NCBI GenBank assembly: GCA_963851005.1
Contig: CAWKNI010000008.1
Location: 449,824-513,823 of the forward strand
Direction of reading: 5' to 3'
Length of the DNA: 64,000 nucleotides
Source of the DNA: an uncultured delta proteobacterium
GTDB lineage: Bacteria > Desulfobacterota > Syntrophia > Syntrophales > Smithellaceae
The position numbers were made by a program, and so were the translations under genes. Below, piece after piece: positions 1 to 9,791 of the stretch (positions are counted from its first letter, which is position 1; the number at the start of each line of letters is the position of its first letter). The notes below the pieces were generated by a model. It had not been told where the DNA came from. It saw only the letters and a program-made list of their open reading frames with translations, and made no database searches.

Positions 1-2
1 TG

Positions 3-869
3 CTTACGGAGGCGGTACAACTTACAGGTCTTTTTCTTGGTAAGGGTGGAATCGTGGCGACCAAGGACAACAGCGGGCAGGTAACGATTCTCGCCAATGG
101 TTCGGCCGCAGCGGGGACGGAAGACGATAAGCGCAAGGTGATTACGTTCCCAGCGGAAGAACCCCGCGCGGTATACACGGGCCCCCTTGTCGTGCTGACG
201 AGCCGCCTGAGCGCATCGGCCAGTGAAATCGTTGCTGGCGCTCTCAAAGACTACCATCGTGCGGTGATCGTCGGATCGGATCATACCTTTGGCAAGGGGT
301 CCGTGCAGGCGCTGACACCATTGCCCAGGGATCTGGGCGGCATGAAAGTTACAACAGCGCTGTACTTCCTGCCCGGTGGTAAATCTACGCAGAAGGTGGG
401 CGTAGAGGCTGATGTACGGCTGCCATTCTTTTTCATTCTCGAAGATGTAGGTGAAACAACGTTGCAATACCCGCTTCCATCCCAGGCAATCGATCCCTTC
501 CTCGGCGCGTCCGGAAACACCGCTCCGCTTTGGAAGCCTGTAGAGCAGCCCCTACTCGTGAAACTGGCAGCAAGGTCCAATGCCCGAGTCGCGAAAGACG
601 CGAAGTTTGCTGAGATCATCAAAAATAACAAGGAAGCCGCCGACAAAAAGGGCGTCATCAAGCTTGCCGACTTGCGTAAGGAGATGGAAAAGGAAGGTGG
701 CAGTAAGAAGAAAGAGACGCCGACCGAGCTAAAGCAGAAAGTCCGGAATCAGTATGCCCCGTTTGTGAATGAAAGCGTCAACATTCTCCTTGATATGGTG
801 ATGCTGGGGTCAGCCCAGTCCATGCCACAGAATTTGCATGCCGGTGCTGGTGGTATGCCGGGACGTTGA
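3..869 (+). CDS. prc: Carboxy-terminal processing protease (S41, Prc/Tsp-type), 3' part; gene starts before the window
   Basis: SASASEIVAGALKD catalytic Ser motif, TFGKGSVQ, G.STQ..GV..D; frame open from position 3. Confidence 0.85.
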   Translation, partial: LTEAVQLTGLFLGKGGIVATKDNSGQVTILANGSAAAGTEDDKRKVITFPAEEPRAVYTGPLVVLTSRLSASASEIVAGALKDYHRAVIVGSDHTFGKGSVQALTPLPRDLGGMKVTTALYFLPGGKSTQKVGVEADVRLPFFFILEDVGETTLQYPLPSQAIDPFLGASGNTAPLWKPVEQPLLVKLAARSNARVAKDAKFAEIIKNNKEAADKKGVIKLADLRKEMEKEGGSKKKETPTELKQKVRNQYAPFVNESVNILLDMVMLGSAQSMPQNLHAGAGGMPGR

Positions 870-917
870 ACAAAGCGGCGTACCATAGGACACCGTTCGT
901 TTTTAAAAAGTTTGTGA

Positions 918-1478
918 TCAAGAGTCTTTTAGAGCATACTGAAAATAAATATCACCATCTCCCGATGAAATACTCCTGACCTGTTTCGCAACAGTTTTTT
1001 TCCCGAAAATTTTGATTGCCTTTTGAAAGTAACCCATAAGGAGTTGCTCGAAGTAATAATGTTTGATTTTAAGCCCGGTGATTTTGAAATGAACGATGTT
1101 GTTTTCGAACAGTGCGGTAGCCTTACCTTCGTCAAAATACGTCGACCAGAGCTTAGGCAGGACAAACTCGACGAACTGCTTTGTATCCTTTGTGAGCAGA
1201 TAAGATTTGTACGGGCCTTCCGACGACAAGGCAAATTGAGCGGCTAACTTCCCAAACGTCACGTACTGCATCATATCGTTGTCGAAAAATTCCTTAACCA
1301 GCTCGTCAAGATAAATGATGAATTTATCCATCGGAACGGGAGTAATGGCCCAGATTGTATTGCTGAAAAATTTCTCCTTTGTCGCCAGTTTGGGTACAAA
1401 GGAATTCCAGCGTTCCTCGCCGAAAACTTTAATGATAGCAGTCTTTCCTGTAAGATAAATGATGCCTTTTACGTTCAT
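918..1478 (-). CDS. Hypothetical protein, DUF2378/TIGR02265-like (H-NOX/V4R-like ligand-binding fold)
   Basis: 186-aa ORF with GGAGG RBS; VKG...GEERW...LPKLWSTYFDEG pattern recalled for this family. Confidence 0.55.
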   Translation of the reverse strand: MNVKGIIYLTGKTAIIKVFGEERWNSFVPKLATKEKFFSNTIWAITPVPMDKFIIYLDELVKEFFDNDMMQYVTFGKLAAQFALSSEGPYKSYLLTKDTKQFVEFVLPKLWSTYFDEGKATALFENNIVHFKITGLKIKHYYFEQLLMGYFQKAIKIFGKKTVAKQVRSISSGDGDIYFQYALKDS

Positions 1479-1825
1479 ATCTAAACCTCCCCAGAATGCC
1501 TATGTTGATTAAATCCTTGATAATATATAATTCGAGGTGCATTAATATGCAAGTATAATATTCATTTTATTAGAATGGAGAAAAGCTACCAGCTTCCATG
1601 AGATAGAAAAAAACAATCCCCAATAAAAACATGTTTGCAACCGTTAATCTTTAATTCTTACACCTGTTCACTACTAAAACTTTGTGAAAAATTGAGTCAG
1701 CCTTTAGCTATAATTTTTAAATTGGGAAGTTTTTAGAAACCAGATTAACGTTGTTTTTCGGACAAGTGTTCACAATTTGGTCACAAATAAAAAAAGGAGT
1801 TAACCGTAAATGGCTAACCCCTTAA

Positions 1826-1876
1826 TTAATTGGTGCGCCCAGCAGGATTCGAACCTGCGACATCCGGATTCGTAGT
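1826..1876. repeat. att site: 51-bp direct repeat of the tRNA-Arg 3' half (partner at 39474-39524)
   Basis: ttaattggtgcgcccagcaggattcgaacctgcgacatccggattcgtagt identical at both places; this copy diverges after the anticodon loop, so it is not a full tRNA. Confidence 0.95.
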
Positions 1877-2471
1877 TCTCAACAAGCACAAAATAACGTT
1901 TTTTAACCCCTTGATCTCAGGTCTGATTTCCCGTAAATACTTAGAAACAAACAAAAAAGTAATTCTATCTATTTCTGTCTATTCTATCTTTTCCCCTTCT
2001 TTTCCCCTTCTTTTCCCATGATTTTATCACAATTTTATCACACCGGACATCTTGACTCCACCAACATTAATTCGTTGAGGATGCCGCGATAAACTGGAGC
2101 CACTCCCCTTCATTTCAGTATTGAAGTCGTAAATTGCGGTTGAAGCGTTAGTGTAGCCACTTTCATCCCGTTACTTACTAGACCCTGAAACCATAATTAA
2201 GGACATTCAGGTAAGTGCAAGTATAATGAGAACAATATGATATTTCAAGGAAAATGACAAAATTCTTGATTAAGGATACGGGGCCGAAATAGGGGGAAAC
2301 AGGGGGGTATATTTGGGAAAGTGTTGACCAAAAAATGAGTAGAGGGGAGGGGGTAAACCGGAACCACTCCCCTTTATTTCAGTAAGCCGGAATCTCTTCC
2401 CGGTCAATACTGGCAGCTTTAATTTTACAAAGGCAGAAGAAGAAAAGAATGCCGAGAATTTATAATTTCCC

Positions 2472-2499
2472 TTGACATTATAAAACAAGGTGTTAAACT
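2472..2499 (+). promoter_or_regulatory. Sigma70 promoter upstream of NYN leader RNA
   Basis: TTGACA (2472) - 16 nt - TAAACT (2494) with extended -10 TG. Confidence 0.6.
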
Positions 2500-2512
2500 A
2501 ACACCATCTACT

Positions 2513-2574
2513 CCCCGTTCGATTTCCGCTCCGCAGTAATGCGGGGGTCAAGGCTTGAGCGGGGTTATTTTTTT
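2513..2574 (+). ncRNA. Structured leader / putative small RNA upstream of NYN gene
   Basis: Outer stem 2513-2522/2555-2564, inner GC hairpin 2529-2546 with GUAA tetraloop, U-tract 2565-2574. Confidence 0.5.
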
Positions 2575-3213
2575 ATGAACTTAAAACATCCTCAAAAAGA
2601 AAATATTCGAGCAATGGCCTTCTTTGACGGCCAAAATTTATTTCACACTGCTAAAAGTACATTTAATCATGAGCACCCCAACTATGATCCCGTGAAATTA
2701 GCAGAATTGGTTTGCCAAGCCCAAAGCTGGCGGTTGCAAGAAACCCGGTTTTATACCGGCGTACCTGATTCAAAAGATAATGCCTTTTGGAATCATTTTT
2801 GGACGATTAAATTAGGTGTTTTAAAGAGGCAAAAAAATGTCTTTGTTTTTTCCCGTCCGCTACGCTATCGTCCGCGGACCATTCCCTTGCCAACCGGCAA
2901 AACTGAAACTCTGTTGATCGGTGAAGAAAAAGGGATTGATGTCCGGATTGCCATTGATGTTATCCGCCTGGCTCATAAACAAGTTTATGACGTGGCTTTA
3001 ATTTTTAGCCAAGACCAAGACCTGTCTGAAGCGGCTGAAGAAGTAAGGGCGATAGCCAAAGAACAAAACCGTTGGATTAAGGTTGCTTGCGCTTTTCCCT
3101 TTGGCCAAGGCAATAAAAATGATAGAGGAATTGATAAAACCGACTGGATTAAGATTGATCGGGAACTATATGACCGTTGTCTTGATCTGAGAGATTATAG
3201 GCCGAAGAAATAA
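2575..3213 (+). CDS. NYN domain (LabA/DUF88, PIN-like) ribonuclease
   Basis: FFDGQNL, EKGIDV.IA.D, IFSQDQDL acidic motifs; ATG 2575 preferred over 2539, which lies inside the hairpin. Confidence 0.85.
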   Translation: MNLKHPQKENIRAMAFFDGQNLFHTAKSTFNHEHPNYDPVKLAELVCQAQSWRLQETRFYTGVPDSKDNAFWNHFWTIKLGVLKRQKNVFVFSRPLRYRPRTIPLPTGKTETLLIGEEKGIDVRIAIDVIRLAHKQVYDVALIFSQDQDLSEAAEEVRAIAKEQNRWIKVACAFPFGQGNKNDRGIDKTDWIKIDRELYDRCLDLRDYRPKK

Positions 3214-3314
3214 TACTGAACCGCATATTAAGCCCAACGACAAACATCAATACCAAATCTCACGTTTTGTGGTCAGTCGGATACAGAGAAAGATTATTGG
3301 GAGAAGCAAAATAA

Positions 3315-3878
3315 ATGGATTGGAAAACGTTCATCGTTGAAGTCGCAAAGGCCTTTGCGTGGCCAGGCACTGTGCTCGTACTCCTATTTGCCTTACGCAA
3401 GACTATTACCCAAAAATTGGGAGATCTAATCGAGATCATTCGCGAGGGTAAGTCTGTCACGGCTCGCTTTGCACAGCCCCAGCAATCTGGCGCAGCGCTA
3501 CCCTCCCCAGGGCAGACCATTCTTTCACAGGAAGAAGTGCGCGAAGCGCTGAAAAAGGTACAGTACCTTAATGCAGATGAAGTAGATCGCGAATATATCA
3601 GTGCTCACGTTGAATTTATTCGAAGAGGAATCGTCACAAAGCAACAGTTAGATCAACTGATTAGCTCTGAGATCATACTGAGCACTTTGAAACAAATTTA
3701 TATTGAAGAACTCGGTCGTTCTTTAAAACACCCTCTTGATCCTATGGCGGTCGCTGTCTACGGTCCAATTCTTTACGGTCGGGCATTGGATCAGTCTACA
3801 GTCGATTTTATTCGACATGATGTAAGAAACTCACCGGAATACAAAAAACGCCGAACTACTGGCTGTAGCAAGGTGTAA
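3315..3878 (+). CDS. Hypothetical protein with N-terminal membrane helix (AWP motif)
   Basis: 187-aa ORF, GGGAG RBS, hydrophobic residues ~6-28. Confidence 0.7.
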   Translation: MDWKTFIVEVAKAFAWPGTVLVLLFALRKTITQKLGDLIEIIREGKSVTARFAQPQQSGAALPSPGQTILSQEEVREALKKVQYLNADEVDREYISAHVEFIRRGIVTKQQLDQLISSEIILSTLKQIYIEELGRSLKHPLDPMAVAVYGPILYGRALDQSTVDFIRHDVRNSPEYKKRRTTGCSKV

Positions 3879-3940
3879 ATCCCCACATGATCTTTGCCAG
3901 GGCAGCAAATACCGCATTTTCATGATAAGCGCGATAAGCA

Positions 3941-3973
3941 AAAAATAAGGCCGGTTTTAACCGGCTTTTTCTT
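3941..3973. terminator. Probable intrinsic terminator
   Basis: aggccggtt-ttaa-ccggctt hairpin flanked by A and T tracts. Confidence 0.5.
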
Positions 3974-4177
3974 GTCGTGTATTGGGCGTTATGTTCACTT
4001 CACAAACAAATAACATCAACCCTGCTGAAAATCGATGAATACCACTTATATGGAGCGGTGAAGAGAAGTTTATTTATAAAATACTCTTCGTCACCACCTT
4101 CCAACTTTTTTATAAATGTCACAATTAAAACATTTTAGAATTTATATGAAATCTTTTGCTTAAAATAAGAAATATAC

Positions 4178-4205
4178 TTGACAATACAAGAAACGTTGCT
4201 ATAAT
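4178..4205 (+). promoter_or_regulatory. Consensus sigma70 promoter
   Basis: TTGACA-16 nt-TATAAT with TG extension; TAAGGAGG RBS at 4221. Confidence 0.8.
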
Positions 4206-4231
4206 AATGGAAAATATCTCTAAGGAGGGCC

Positions 4232-6376
4232 ATGATGGACATAAACAGCAAAGCAAGCCAACTCGAACTTGGGCGTTATCTAACTATTATTAGGGAGCGA
4301 GCAGGTATTAAGCAAGTCGATCTTGCTAAAAAAATCACATTGAGCCCGGCAGTCCTATCAAGGATAGAGACGGGAGAGAGGGGACTGGCTTCCGAGGAAT
4401 TGGAAAACATCCTTAAAGCAATTGGAACCCCTGAAGCTACGCACCTATTAGAAGCGTTAGAGAGAGAATGGTCAATTCTACCCCGCCCGTTACTTGATCA
4501 TCCTGACCAGGATCTGCTTTGGGAGGCTGAAAAAGTTGCCAAAAAGCTGGCAGAATTAAGAGTTCGGCCTGATGTACGTCATGCTTTCGAACGTCGGCTT
4601 ACAGAATATATAGGTGAACTTGAGCAATTAGCAGAGAACATTCTTAAACGGGATCATCAAATTGCATTTATTGGTAGCATTGGTATTGGCAAATCAACTG
4701 CCATATGTCGGCTTACCGGACTAGAAGTCTTGGGAACAGATGGTGTAACGCTCTCTCCAGTCTTAGAGGCAGGTGCTGGCGGAGTAACTATCTGTGAAGT
4801 ACACCTAAGCACCGGCCCTGGCTATGGACTTATGATTGAACCACGGAGTGACGACGAGATTCGCGCTGATGTAATGGACTTTGCAGAGCACATCAGTAAA
4901 GTCGACGCTGAAGACGCTAAGGGTTTGGATAATGACTCCCAAGGTATTTCCAAGGAGTTTGAACGGGCTATTCGCAACATGGCCAAACTTAAAATCCGCA
5001 GGGAGAAGGGAAGTGATGGCAAGATAATTCGTCACGACGAAGCCAAAGAATTTGCTCAAAAATTTACTTCTCTTCGTGAGCTGGTTGTCGAAGTACTTGC
5101 CCGTATGGAACTACACCGTCGCGACCGTCGTGACGTTTGGTTCGACAGCAATACAGGGAAGGCACCGCTTGTCTGGTTAAAAGACATTTTTGAGTTGGTG
5201 AATAACGGTCGGCACCCGGATTTTACTCTTCCTAAACGTATTGAAGTAGTGGTACCTCAAGCGTTACTTGGGGGATTGGATCTTTCGATCCGTATCATTG
5301 ATACCAAGGGTATTGATAGGACAGCTGCGCGTGCAGACCTTGAGTTGCACCTAGATGATTCGCATACCCTTGCCATCCTATGCTCAAGCTTCAACAATGC
5401 TCCATCAGCAGAATCACGTCTTCTTCTGGAGCGTGCAAAGGAAGCTGGAGTGAGCACGCTACATCTGAATGCGGCAATACTGGCACTGCCACGACCTAAT
5501 GAAGCACTTGCAGTAAAAGATGAATCTGGAATTCGAGTAGAGACGATAGCAGAAGGCTATGAACTTAAAGGAGAGCAAGTGTCGATGGCACTTGAGCCTC
5601 TTGGACTCCAGCAATTACCCGTAGGATTTTACAATGCTTACCAAGATGACCAAGAACGCCTGAAGTCATTTTTAGCTAAATGTATTGAACAAATTCGGGA
5701 AGCATTCCGTGCTCGCATTCGTGAAACTACTATCAACGCGAATTCCTTGCTTATCAATCAAGAAAAAGAGCAGGTTCAAGAAGTGCTACGAGCAGCAGCA
5801 AAAATGCTGAAGAGTTGGGTAGAACAGAACTTATCGATCACTTTAAGTACTGCCAATATACAAGACAGTCTTATAGATCAGATGGCGCAGGTTTATGCAA
5901 GCACCATAAGGGCAACGGTACGTCGTGAGGGCGAATGGCCAAACCTTAATTATTTGCACCATCTTGGATATGGAGCAAGACGTCTTGCTGCACTTTCTCT
6001 GGACAACACAGTAAAGGGTTTCTCTGAAACTTGCAAGGTCATGCTTGGAAATTCTGATTACGCTGAAGCTACCGATCTTATTCGGCAAGCTGAACGACTT
6101 CTGAACACTTCCTATGAAAAACTTTTGCGTGAGGTACAACTAATGGGGCAGACTTCTTTCAGTAAGGACTTGAAAACCGATACAGAGTTTTGGCAAAAGT
6201 GCGATAGCGAATGGGGCCGAGGATCTGGTTACCGTGATCGTATAACCAACATAAATGAAATATGGTTTAATAATGAAAAACGACAGGAATTGGAGAAAGA
6301 GCTTAGAAGGCTTATAGAGCGGAAATGGTCTCAGGTCTTACAGCGTGTTGCGACGTTGTTCGAAAACGAAGAATAA
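4232..6376 (+). CDS. XRE-family HTH fused to dynamin-like P-loop GTPase and helical C-terminus
   Basis: N-term IRERAGIKQVDLAKKITLSPAVLSRIETGER (HTH_3); GSIGIGKST (G1), GGVT (G2), IIDTKG (G3); helical tail. Confidence 0.75.
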   Translation: MMDINSKASQLELGRYLTIIRERAGIKQVDLAKKITLSPAVLSRIETGERGLASEELENILKAIGTPEATHLLEALEREWSILPRPLLDHPDQDLLWEAEKVAKKLAELRVRPDVRHAFERRLTEYIGELEQLAENILKRDHQIAFIGSIGIGKSTAICRLTGLEVLGTDGVTLSPVLEAGAGGVTICEVHLSTGPGYGLMIEPRSDDEIRADVMDFAEHISKVDAEDAKGLDNDSQGISKEFERAIRNMAKLKIRREKGSDGKIIRHDEAKEFAQKFTSLRELVVEVLARMELHRRDRRDVWFDSNTGKAPLVWLKDIFELVNNGRHPDFTLPKRIEVVVPQALLGGLDLSIRIIDTKGIDRTAARADLELHLDDSHTLAILCSSFNNAPSAESRLLLERAKEAGVSTLHLNAAILALPRPNEALAVKDESGIRVETIAEGYELKGEQVSMALEPLGLQQLPVGFYNAYQDDQERLKSFLAKCIEQIREAFRARIRETTINANSLLINQEKEQVQEVLRAAAKMLKSWVEQNLSITLSTANIQDSLIDQMAQVYASTIRATVRREGEWPNLNYLHHLGYGARRLAALSLDNTVKGFSETCKVMLGNSDYAEATDLIRQAERLLNTSYEKLLREVQLMGQTSFSKDLKTDTEFWQKCDSEWGRGSGYRDRITNINEIWFNNEKRQELEKELRRLIERKWSQVLQRVATLFENEE

Positions 6377-6698
6377 GCCCAAATTGATCAGCAACTGGAT
6401 GAACCATAATTTTGAGAAAGTTGAAATCTTACATTTTCATCGGGATAACAGTCAAAAGGTGAGGGAGGATTACTGAGGAAAATACTATAGTATTTTCCTC
6501 ACCATTTTTGTATACTGCAAACACTGATTCAGCAAGGGTTTTAGAAACCGATTTTTAAGGGGGTTTTTTCCTCACCCTAATTATTGTGAATCGGCATGCA
6601 ATAATGACCCACCAATAGGCAAAATCGGCATTCAAAGTTGACCCAGGCCTGCAAGCCTTCTATTCTGCCATAAATATGGGAGAAGGAGGCAGAAAGGG

Positions 6699-8213
6699 AT
6701 GCTCACGGTGGAAACTATTCGGAAGATACGGTTATCAGTACATAGAGATGGCAAATCGATTCGTCAAACGTCAAAAGATCTTCATCTATCACGGAACACA
6801 GTCAGAAGAGCAATCAGGAGTGGAGAGACCCTTTTCCAGTACGAGCGCCAGAAACAGCCAATTCCTAAGCTGGGACCGTTTATAGAAATGCTTGACGGTA
6901 AACTGGATGAGGACGAGAAACTGCCGAAGAAACTAAGGAGAACGGCACAGATTCTTTTTGAGGATATTCAACTGAACGGTTATGAGGGCGGCTATGACAG
7001 TGTAAGGCGGTATATTCAGCGATGGCGCAATGAGCGGAAGATCTCAACGGGAGGTGTATATATACCGCTGAGATTTGAACCAGGGGAAGCATTTCAGTTT
7101 GACTGGAGCCATGAATGGGTAGAGATAGGCGGGGCGAGTTTAAAGGTAAAGGTTGCCCATCTGCGGTTATGCTACAGTCGCTATTTTCTTTGCATAGCCT
7201 ACCCCAGAGAAACCCAGGAGATGGTTTTTGATGCCCATATAAAGGCTTTTGAGTTCTTCGGAGGCGTGTGCAGGAGAGGCATCTATGACAACCTCAAGAC
7301 GGTTGTTAACAAGATCATCGGAGGAAAAGAAAGGAACTTCAACAGCCGTTTCGTCCAATTCAGCTCCCATTATCTTTTTGATCCTGTAAGCTGCACACCG
7401 GGTGCGGGCTGGGAAAAGGGTCAGGTTGAAAACCAGGTAGGCTTAGCCAGAAGGAGATTTTTCATTCCCAAGATCAAGGCCAGGGACTTCAAGGAGCTCA
7501 ACGATACATTAAAAGGACAATGTATCAACTGGGCAAAGAGCCATAAGCATCCGACATTTTCCGACAAGACGGTTTGGGAGGTGTACGAAGAAGAGAAGCC
7601 TTGCATGATCAGTCTGCCTCCCCCTTTCGATGGGTATGGGGAACGTCCTGCCAGGGTTACATCCAGTTCGCTTGTGACCTATGATCGTAACAGATACAGT
7701 GTTGATTGCAGTCAGACAGGCAGAATCGTACAAATAAGAGTATATGCCGATCGAATAATGATCGTCAGTGATGGCCGCGTCGTAGGAGAACACGAGAGGC
7801 ACTTTGGAGAAAATAAGACGGTTTTTAATCCATGGCATTATGTTTCTGCCCTTGAACGGAAACCAGGCGCTTTACGCAACGGAGCTCCTTTCAAAGACTG
7901 GGATCTTCCCACGGGCATGGGAAACGTCCTCAACGGATTGCAAAACCGTTTTACCGACTGGGATCGTCAATTTGTGGCAATTCTTAATGCCGTACCTCTT
8001 TACGGTCTTGATGCCGTTGACAAGGCATGCGAAGACGCCTTGAAGATGAGAGCTGTGAGTAAGGAGGTTGTTATCAATCTTCTCAACAGGAATCAGGAAA
8101 AGGACTTTGCCGCGGATGTAGGCATTCCTCCCCACCTGATTCTGAAACAGGAACCAATAGCAGATTGCCGACGATATGAATCTTTAATGAGGGGGGACTG
8201 CAATGTTGCGTAA
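6699..8213 (+). CDS. istA: IS21 DDE transposase IstA
   Basis: N-term HTH, FQFDW, YDNLKT, EKGQVE motifs. Confidence 0.95.
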   Translation: MLTVETIRKIRLSVHRDGKSIRQTSKDLHLSRNTVRRAIRSGETLFQYERQKQPIPKLGPFIEMLDGKLDEDEKLPKKLRRTAQILFEDIQLNGYEGGYDSVRRYIQRWRNERKISTGGVYIPLRFEPGEAFQFDWSHEWVEIGGASLKVKVAHLRLCYSRYFLCIAYPRETQEMVFDAHIKAFEFFGGVCRRGIYDNLKTVVNKIIGGKERNFNSRFVQFSSHYLFDPVSCTPGAGWEKGQVENQVGLARRRFFIPKIKARDFKELNDTLKGQCINWAKSHKHPTFSDKTVWEVYEEEKPCMISLPPPFDGYGERPARVTSSSLVTYDRNRYSVDCSQTGRIVQIRVYADRIMIVSDGRVVGEHERHFGENKTVFNPWHYVSALERKPGALRNGAPFKDWDLPTGMGNVLNGLQNRFTDWDRQFVAILNAVPLYGLDAVDKACEDALKMRAVSKEVVINLLNRNQEKDFAADVGIPPHLILKQEPIADCRRYESLMRGDCNVA

Positions 8214-8934
8214 TGAGATCATGGAGCTTATGGGAAAGCTGAAATTACAGGGCATGCAGTCCGTTTATGATGAAGCGTTGTCAAATGGACGAAAGAGCCG
8301 GTCAACTCCTGAGAAGATGATCTTAGAAATGCTTAAAGCCGAGGCCACTGAAAGGCATATAAGAAGCATCCGCTATCGAATGGGGCAGGCCAGGTTTCCT
8401 GCGCCCAAAGATATCGACAGTTTTGATTTCAAAGGGAGTTCGGTTGATAAAAACCAGATTCAATCATTGTATCAGGGGGATTTTATTGAACAGCATATCA
8501 ATCTGATTTTCGTAGGCGGCACCGGTACCGGCAAGACACATTTGGCAACTGCAATAGCGGCGCAGGCCGTCAGGGATGGGAAAAAGTGCAAATTTTATAA
8601 CCTGGTGGATTTGGCAAATGAGTTGGAACAGGAGAAAATGGCCGGATTTGCAGGAAAAATATCTGCACGACTGATTCGGTTTGATATGGTGCTGCTTGAT
8701 GAACTGGGCTATCTGCCCTTCTCAAAAAACGGAAGCCAACTGCTCTTCCATCTCATATCCAAGCTCTACGAACAAACATCTATCGTCATGACAACAAACT
8801 TAACCTTTGGTGAATGGCCTCAAGTGTTTGGTGATGCCAAAATGACTACCGCAATGCTGGATCGCCTTACTCATCATTGTGAAATCATAGAAACCGGGAA
8901 TGAAAGCTGGAGGATGAAACACAGGTCTTCATAA
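8203..8934 (+). CDS. istB: IS21 helper AAA+ ATPase IstB
   Basis: GGTGTGKT Walker A, LLDELGY Walker B, DRLTHH; overlaps istA. Confidence 0.95.
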   Translation: MLRNEIMELMGKLKLQGMQSVYDEALSNGRKSRSTPEKMILEMLKAEATERHIRSIRYRMGQARFPAPKDIDSFDFKGSSVDKNQIQSLYQGDFIEQHINLIFVGGTGTGKTHLATAIAAQAVRDGKKCKFYNLVDLANELEQEKMAGFAGKISARLIRFDMVLLDELGYLPFSKNGSQLLFHLISKLYEQTSIVMTTNLTFGEWPQVFGDAKMTTAMLDRLTHHCEIIETGNESWRMKHRSS

Positions 8935-9405
8935 ACATATATTTTTTACTCAGGGGTGGGTCAGTTTTGGACGCCGATGCTGGGTCTATTTTCAATGCCT
9001 ATTGACATTGACGGTCATGACAGAGTTACTAAGTTCGGCAGTAAGGGCACTGGAACATAAAAAAAGTGCTTTGGAATATCTAAATCAAAAACCTGAATTT
9101 TATTAATATGGGTATGGTCAGCTTCTTCTGCTGGTTATATCTTCACAGCACCAGCTAAAACCTTCCTGGGTCTTCCTAAACAAGAGATCTTTATTGATGA
9201 ATATATGGGGGTGGATGAAAAAAGAAATACTTTTAAACCGATTTATGAAAATGGTTAAAGTTCTTGGATTTAAAAAACGCAGCATCCTGCGTTTTTCTAT
9301 CAATTAATGACCAATGATAAATAAAAATATTACTAATGGCAATGGCCTGCCTCTTCTGCTGGTTATATAGGGTTAATAGCCTCTAAAACTTTCATAAGCC
9401 GTCTG

Positions 9406-9538
9406 GGGAAAGAGTTCTGCTCTGCGTTATATAAGGAGATGGAAGCATGAATGACCTTGCCAATTCAACGATAACCGATTGAAACATGCAGGTTTTTGAA
9501 TGATATTTTTCAGCAGAAGTGTTTATTTGTTGCTTCCT
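9406..9538 (+). repeat. 133-bp direct repeat, copy 1 (copy 2 at 19900-20032)
   Basis: gggaaagagttctgc...ttgttgcttcct read as identical in both places. Confidence 0.9.
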
Positions 9539-9552
9539 CTTCTAAGGAAGAT

Positions 9553-9791
9553 GTCAAGTATTTTCTTTGTACACGTCTTTAAAGTTGAAAATGGTTGTGG
9601 TGGTACTTCGACCTTTTTTCCTTTTCACCTAACCTCTTTTATTCTGCGGGCCTTCAATGCCCAACTTACCTTATACAGGACGAAAAGGGTGGTGGAAGTT
9701 GACCAAGCTGAATCGCGCAAGCCTTCTAGCCTACGAAGTAACACGGTCCTTCCTTCCGCCACAACCATACTCTGATTATATGTGTTTATGC
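9553..9791 (-). ncRNA. Putative bridge/seek RNA region of the IS110 element
   Basis: ~240-nt non-coding end 3' of the transposase; 13-bp long-range stem 9591-9603/9756-9768. Confidence 0.55.

Larger units (their letters stand above)
6585..9007 (+). mobile_element. IS21-family insertion sequence, copy 1 (2423 bp)
   Basis: TG...CA termini, imperfect IRs (tgtgaatcggcatgcaataatgaccca / tgtcaataggcattgaaaatagaccca) with internal repeats, istA-istB. Confidence 0.95.

Noticed and set aside
1972-2017. Short tandem repeats (ttttccccttc) as a CRISPR-like array
   Set aside because: Low-complexity 11-mers with no unique spacers; no CRISPR array or cas genes were seen anywhere in the window
1830-2021. 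63-aa ORF MVRPAGFEPAT... and an apparent tRNA at 1831
   Set aside because: Translation of the reverse-complement tRNA 3' half; only 46 nt of tRNA are present, so it is an att site
3230-3996. Possible integron attC sites (gcccaac at ~3232, gccgaac at ~3851, gttatgt at ~3988)
   Set aside because: No complete R''-L''-L'-R' palindrome could be built and there is no intI in the window
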